DNA of 64,000 nucleotides from Thermoplasmata archaeon (GTDB lineage Archaea; Thermoplasmatota; Thermoplasmata; Lutacidiplasmatales; UBA184): NCBI GenBank assembly GCA_052326485.1, contig JBKQMS010000031.1, positions 110,094 to 174,093 of the forward strand, read 5' to 3'. Shown piece by piece: positions 62,360 to 64,000 of this stretch (position 1 is its first letter; each line of letters starts with the position of its first letter). The notes under the pieces were generated by a model. It saw only the letters and a program-made list of their open reading frames with translations, ran no database searches and was not told where the DNA came from. The position numbers and the translations under genes were made by a program.

Positions 62360-64000
62360 TTACGGGTGGCGACTGTTGACCCGCCGGTCGATCCCGTCGC
62401 ACACGAGCGCGATCCCGATACCGAGGAGGATGATGGCGAGGAGCGGGAAGAGGACCATCCACCAGTACGTGGTGCCCACGGTCGAGATGGGGAGCCCCTC
62501 GCACGTGCCGACCGCGAGCAGGTTCCCCCACTCGGGGAAGTTGACGGCGGGAAGAGGGGAATACGGGGGCAGCGAGGCGATCAGGTAGTAGGTCCCCTTC
62601 GAGCCGCCGGGCCCTGCGCAGTCCCAGAACCAGGGGAAGATCGTGAGGACGAAGAAGATCGGCGCGACGTCGATCGGCACCTGGGCGAGCAGCGGCGAGA
62701 TCGAGTTCGGCAGGATGTGGCGGAAGAACAGGTACGGTCGATCGCCCCCGGACGCCTCGGCCGACTCGAGGAACGGCTCCCGAGCGACGATGCGGGCCCG
62801 TTCTCGGGTCGTGCGGGCGGTGGTGGGCCAAATGACCAGCCCGAAGAGAAGAACGAACACGGGGAGGCCCACCTCGGTCGGTGCGACCGTCGCCAATCCG
62901 GCGAACAGTGCGACCACGAGGAAGAACGACGGGATCGCCCCCAGCGTATCCCCGAGGAACGTCACCACCGAGTCGAGCACTCCCCCTTCGTTCATCCCCG
63001 CGAGCGCTCCCAGCACCCAACCCAGGCCGGCGTCGATCGCGAGGACCCCCGCTACGATCGCCAGGTCCCACGGCGTCGCCTGCCAGAGCGCACGGAACAG
63101 GTCGGTCCCGAGGCCGGGGAGGACCCCGAACGGGTGCGCCGTCGAAGGTCCGATCGGGTTGAAAGGAGGAATCCAGCTCGCGTTCGTCGGCACCTGTTCC
63201 AAGGAATTGTGGTAGACGAGCAACGCGCTCAGCGCGATCACAATGTACGCGCCCAGGATGCCGAGGCCCGCCCAGAGCCCTGCGCCCAGGGGCCGTCGGG
63301 CCCAGCGCTCTCGGATGTTGGGTCGTGAGAAAGGCGTCACCCGCTCGGCGGGAGGAGTCTTCGCGACGTCGACCGTTGGCCCGCTGCCCGGCTCGGCAGC
63401 GACCGTCCCGCCCGGAGCGGGGAGGAGCCAAGGTGCGGGGTGCATCTTCCATCGAGTGCGCATCAGCACCACTACGCCGGTGACGACCGCCACGACCGTC
63501 ACCAGCCCGCCGATGGCGTACGGGTTCAGGAGGACCGACCAGAACAGACTCGAGAGCGTGGGGCAGGTGCTGCGGTTGAGCGGGGCGTAGTCTCCCCCGA
63601 TGCGGATGCTGTTCTGCGTGGATGACGTCCCGGGCGGTAGTGCCGTGAGCAGCGCCGTGTAGTCGAACGCGTTGACGAACGGGAGCGCTCCGTACGGGTT
63701 CGGCGGGGTCCCGTAGTCCTGCCAGTAGTTCCCGCCCTGGTTCCCGCAGCCCGGACCCAGAACGTTCCCGGAGAGCGCGAACCCGTTCACCGTCGCGGCG
63801 ACATTGCTCGCCGACTGGTTCGTGACGCTCCAGGTGTCGGCGTACGTCGGCGGGAGCGGCGGAGCGCAGTCCCCCGCGTAGCCGTCGGGACACGAGTTGT
63901 TGTAGATGTCGAACGGCAGGAAGACGGTCGGGTTGTCGACCAAGAAGATGTTGTTGAAAATCAGGTCCCCGCCCTCCGCCTCCGCGAGGCCGGCGTACTG
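62360..64000 (-). CDS. OppC/DppC-type ABC permease fused in frame to an N-terminal beta-helix (NosD/PbH1-like) ectodomain; 5' end outside window
   Basis: The C-terminal half has the binding-protein-dependent permease pattern (GTDLFRALWQATPWDLAI..., EAA-like region). The frame stays open upstream to the window edge and encodes NNIFLVDNP...GGNYWQDYG...PY, then a TM helix. Confidence 0.65.
   Translation of the reverse strand, partial: QYAGLAEAEGGDLIFNNIFLVDNPTVFLPFDIYNNSCPDGYAGDCAPPLPPTYADTWSVTNQSASNVAATVNGFALSGNVLGPGCGNQGGNYWQDYGTPPNPYGALPFVNAFDYTALLTALPPGTSSTQNSIRIGGDYAPLNRSTCPTLSSLFWSVLLNPYAIGGLVTVVAVVTGVVVLMRTRWKMHPAPWLLPAPGGTVAAEPGSGPTVDVAKTPPAERVTPFSRPNIRERWARRPLGAGLWAGLGILGAYIVIALSALLVYHNSLEQVPTNASWIPPFNPIGPSTAHPFGVLPGLGTDLFRALWQATPWDLAIVAGVLAIDAGLGWVLGALAGMNEGGVLDSVVTFLGDTLGAIPSFFLVVALFAGLATVAPTEVGLPVFVLLFGLVIWPTTARTTRERARIVAREPFLESAEASGGDRPYLFFRHILPNSISPLLAQVPIDVAPIFFVLTIFPWFWDCAGPGGSKGTYYLIASLPPYSPLPAVNFPEWGNLLAVGTCEGLPISTVGTTYWWMVLFPLLAIILLGIGIALVCDGIDRRVNSRHP

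Overview
This is a visibly GC-rich archaeal chromosomal segment; I judged G+C by eye at roughly two thirds and did not compute it. The archaeal assignment rests on archaea/eukaryote-type markers read from the translations: ribosomal proteins LX, L15e, L44e, S27e, L1, P0 and P1, aIF2-alpha, Nop10, fibrillarin with Nop5, prefoldin alpha and beta, Pcc1, aTrm56, a GINS subunit and a PAC2 proteasome chaperone. A Thermoplasmata-like lineage is a guess, not a result. I support about 70 CDS and one tRNA-Gln(UUG). I saw no rRNA, CRISPR array, transposase or integrase. Most of the window is housekeeping: translation and RNA modification, purine synthesis (purB, purF), central carbon metabolism (pyruvate kinase, PPDK), isoprenoid synthesis (GGPP synthase, mevalonate kinase), two ammonium transporters and two ABC-2 exporter modules. 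Many gene pairs share 4-nt ATGA/GTGA start-stop overlaps, and several genes have a TATA-like box 22-40 nt upstream of the start codon. The track also contains many long Arg/Pro/Gly-rich antisense ORFs, which I treat as GC artefacts. The best candidate for an undescribed system is a tight four-gene minus-strand operon at 25661-30218. It encodes a 786-aa HerA/FtsK-type P-loop ATPase with unassigned N- and C-terminal regions, followed by three KaiC/RadA-like paralogs, of which only one keeps an intact Walker A. Other notable items: a membrane protein with eight near-identical 33-aa tandem repeats and a C-terminal Cys cluster (48927-50318); a cupredoxin-TatA-TatC-TatA-like-microprotein-Rieske-cytochrome b supercluster (57245-62225); an in-frame beta-helix/OppC-type permease fusion at the window edge; a 380-nt non-coding gap with dense G-quadruplex motifs (18480-18860); and a unique AT-rich inverted-repeat island (42568-42620).
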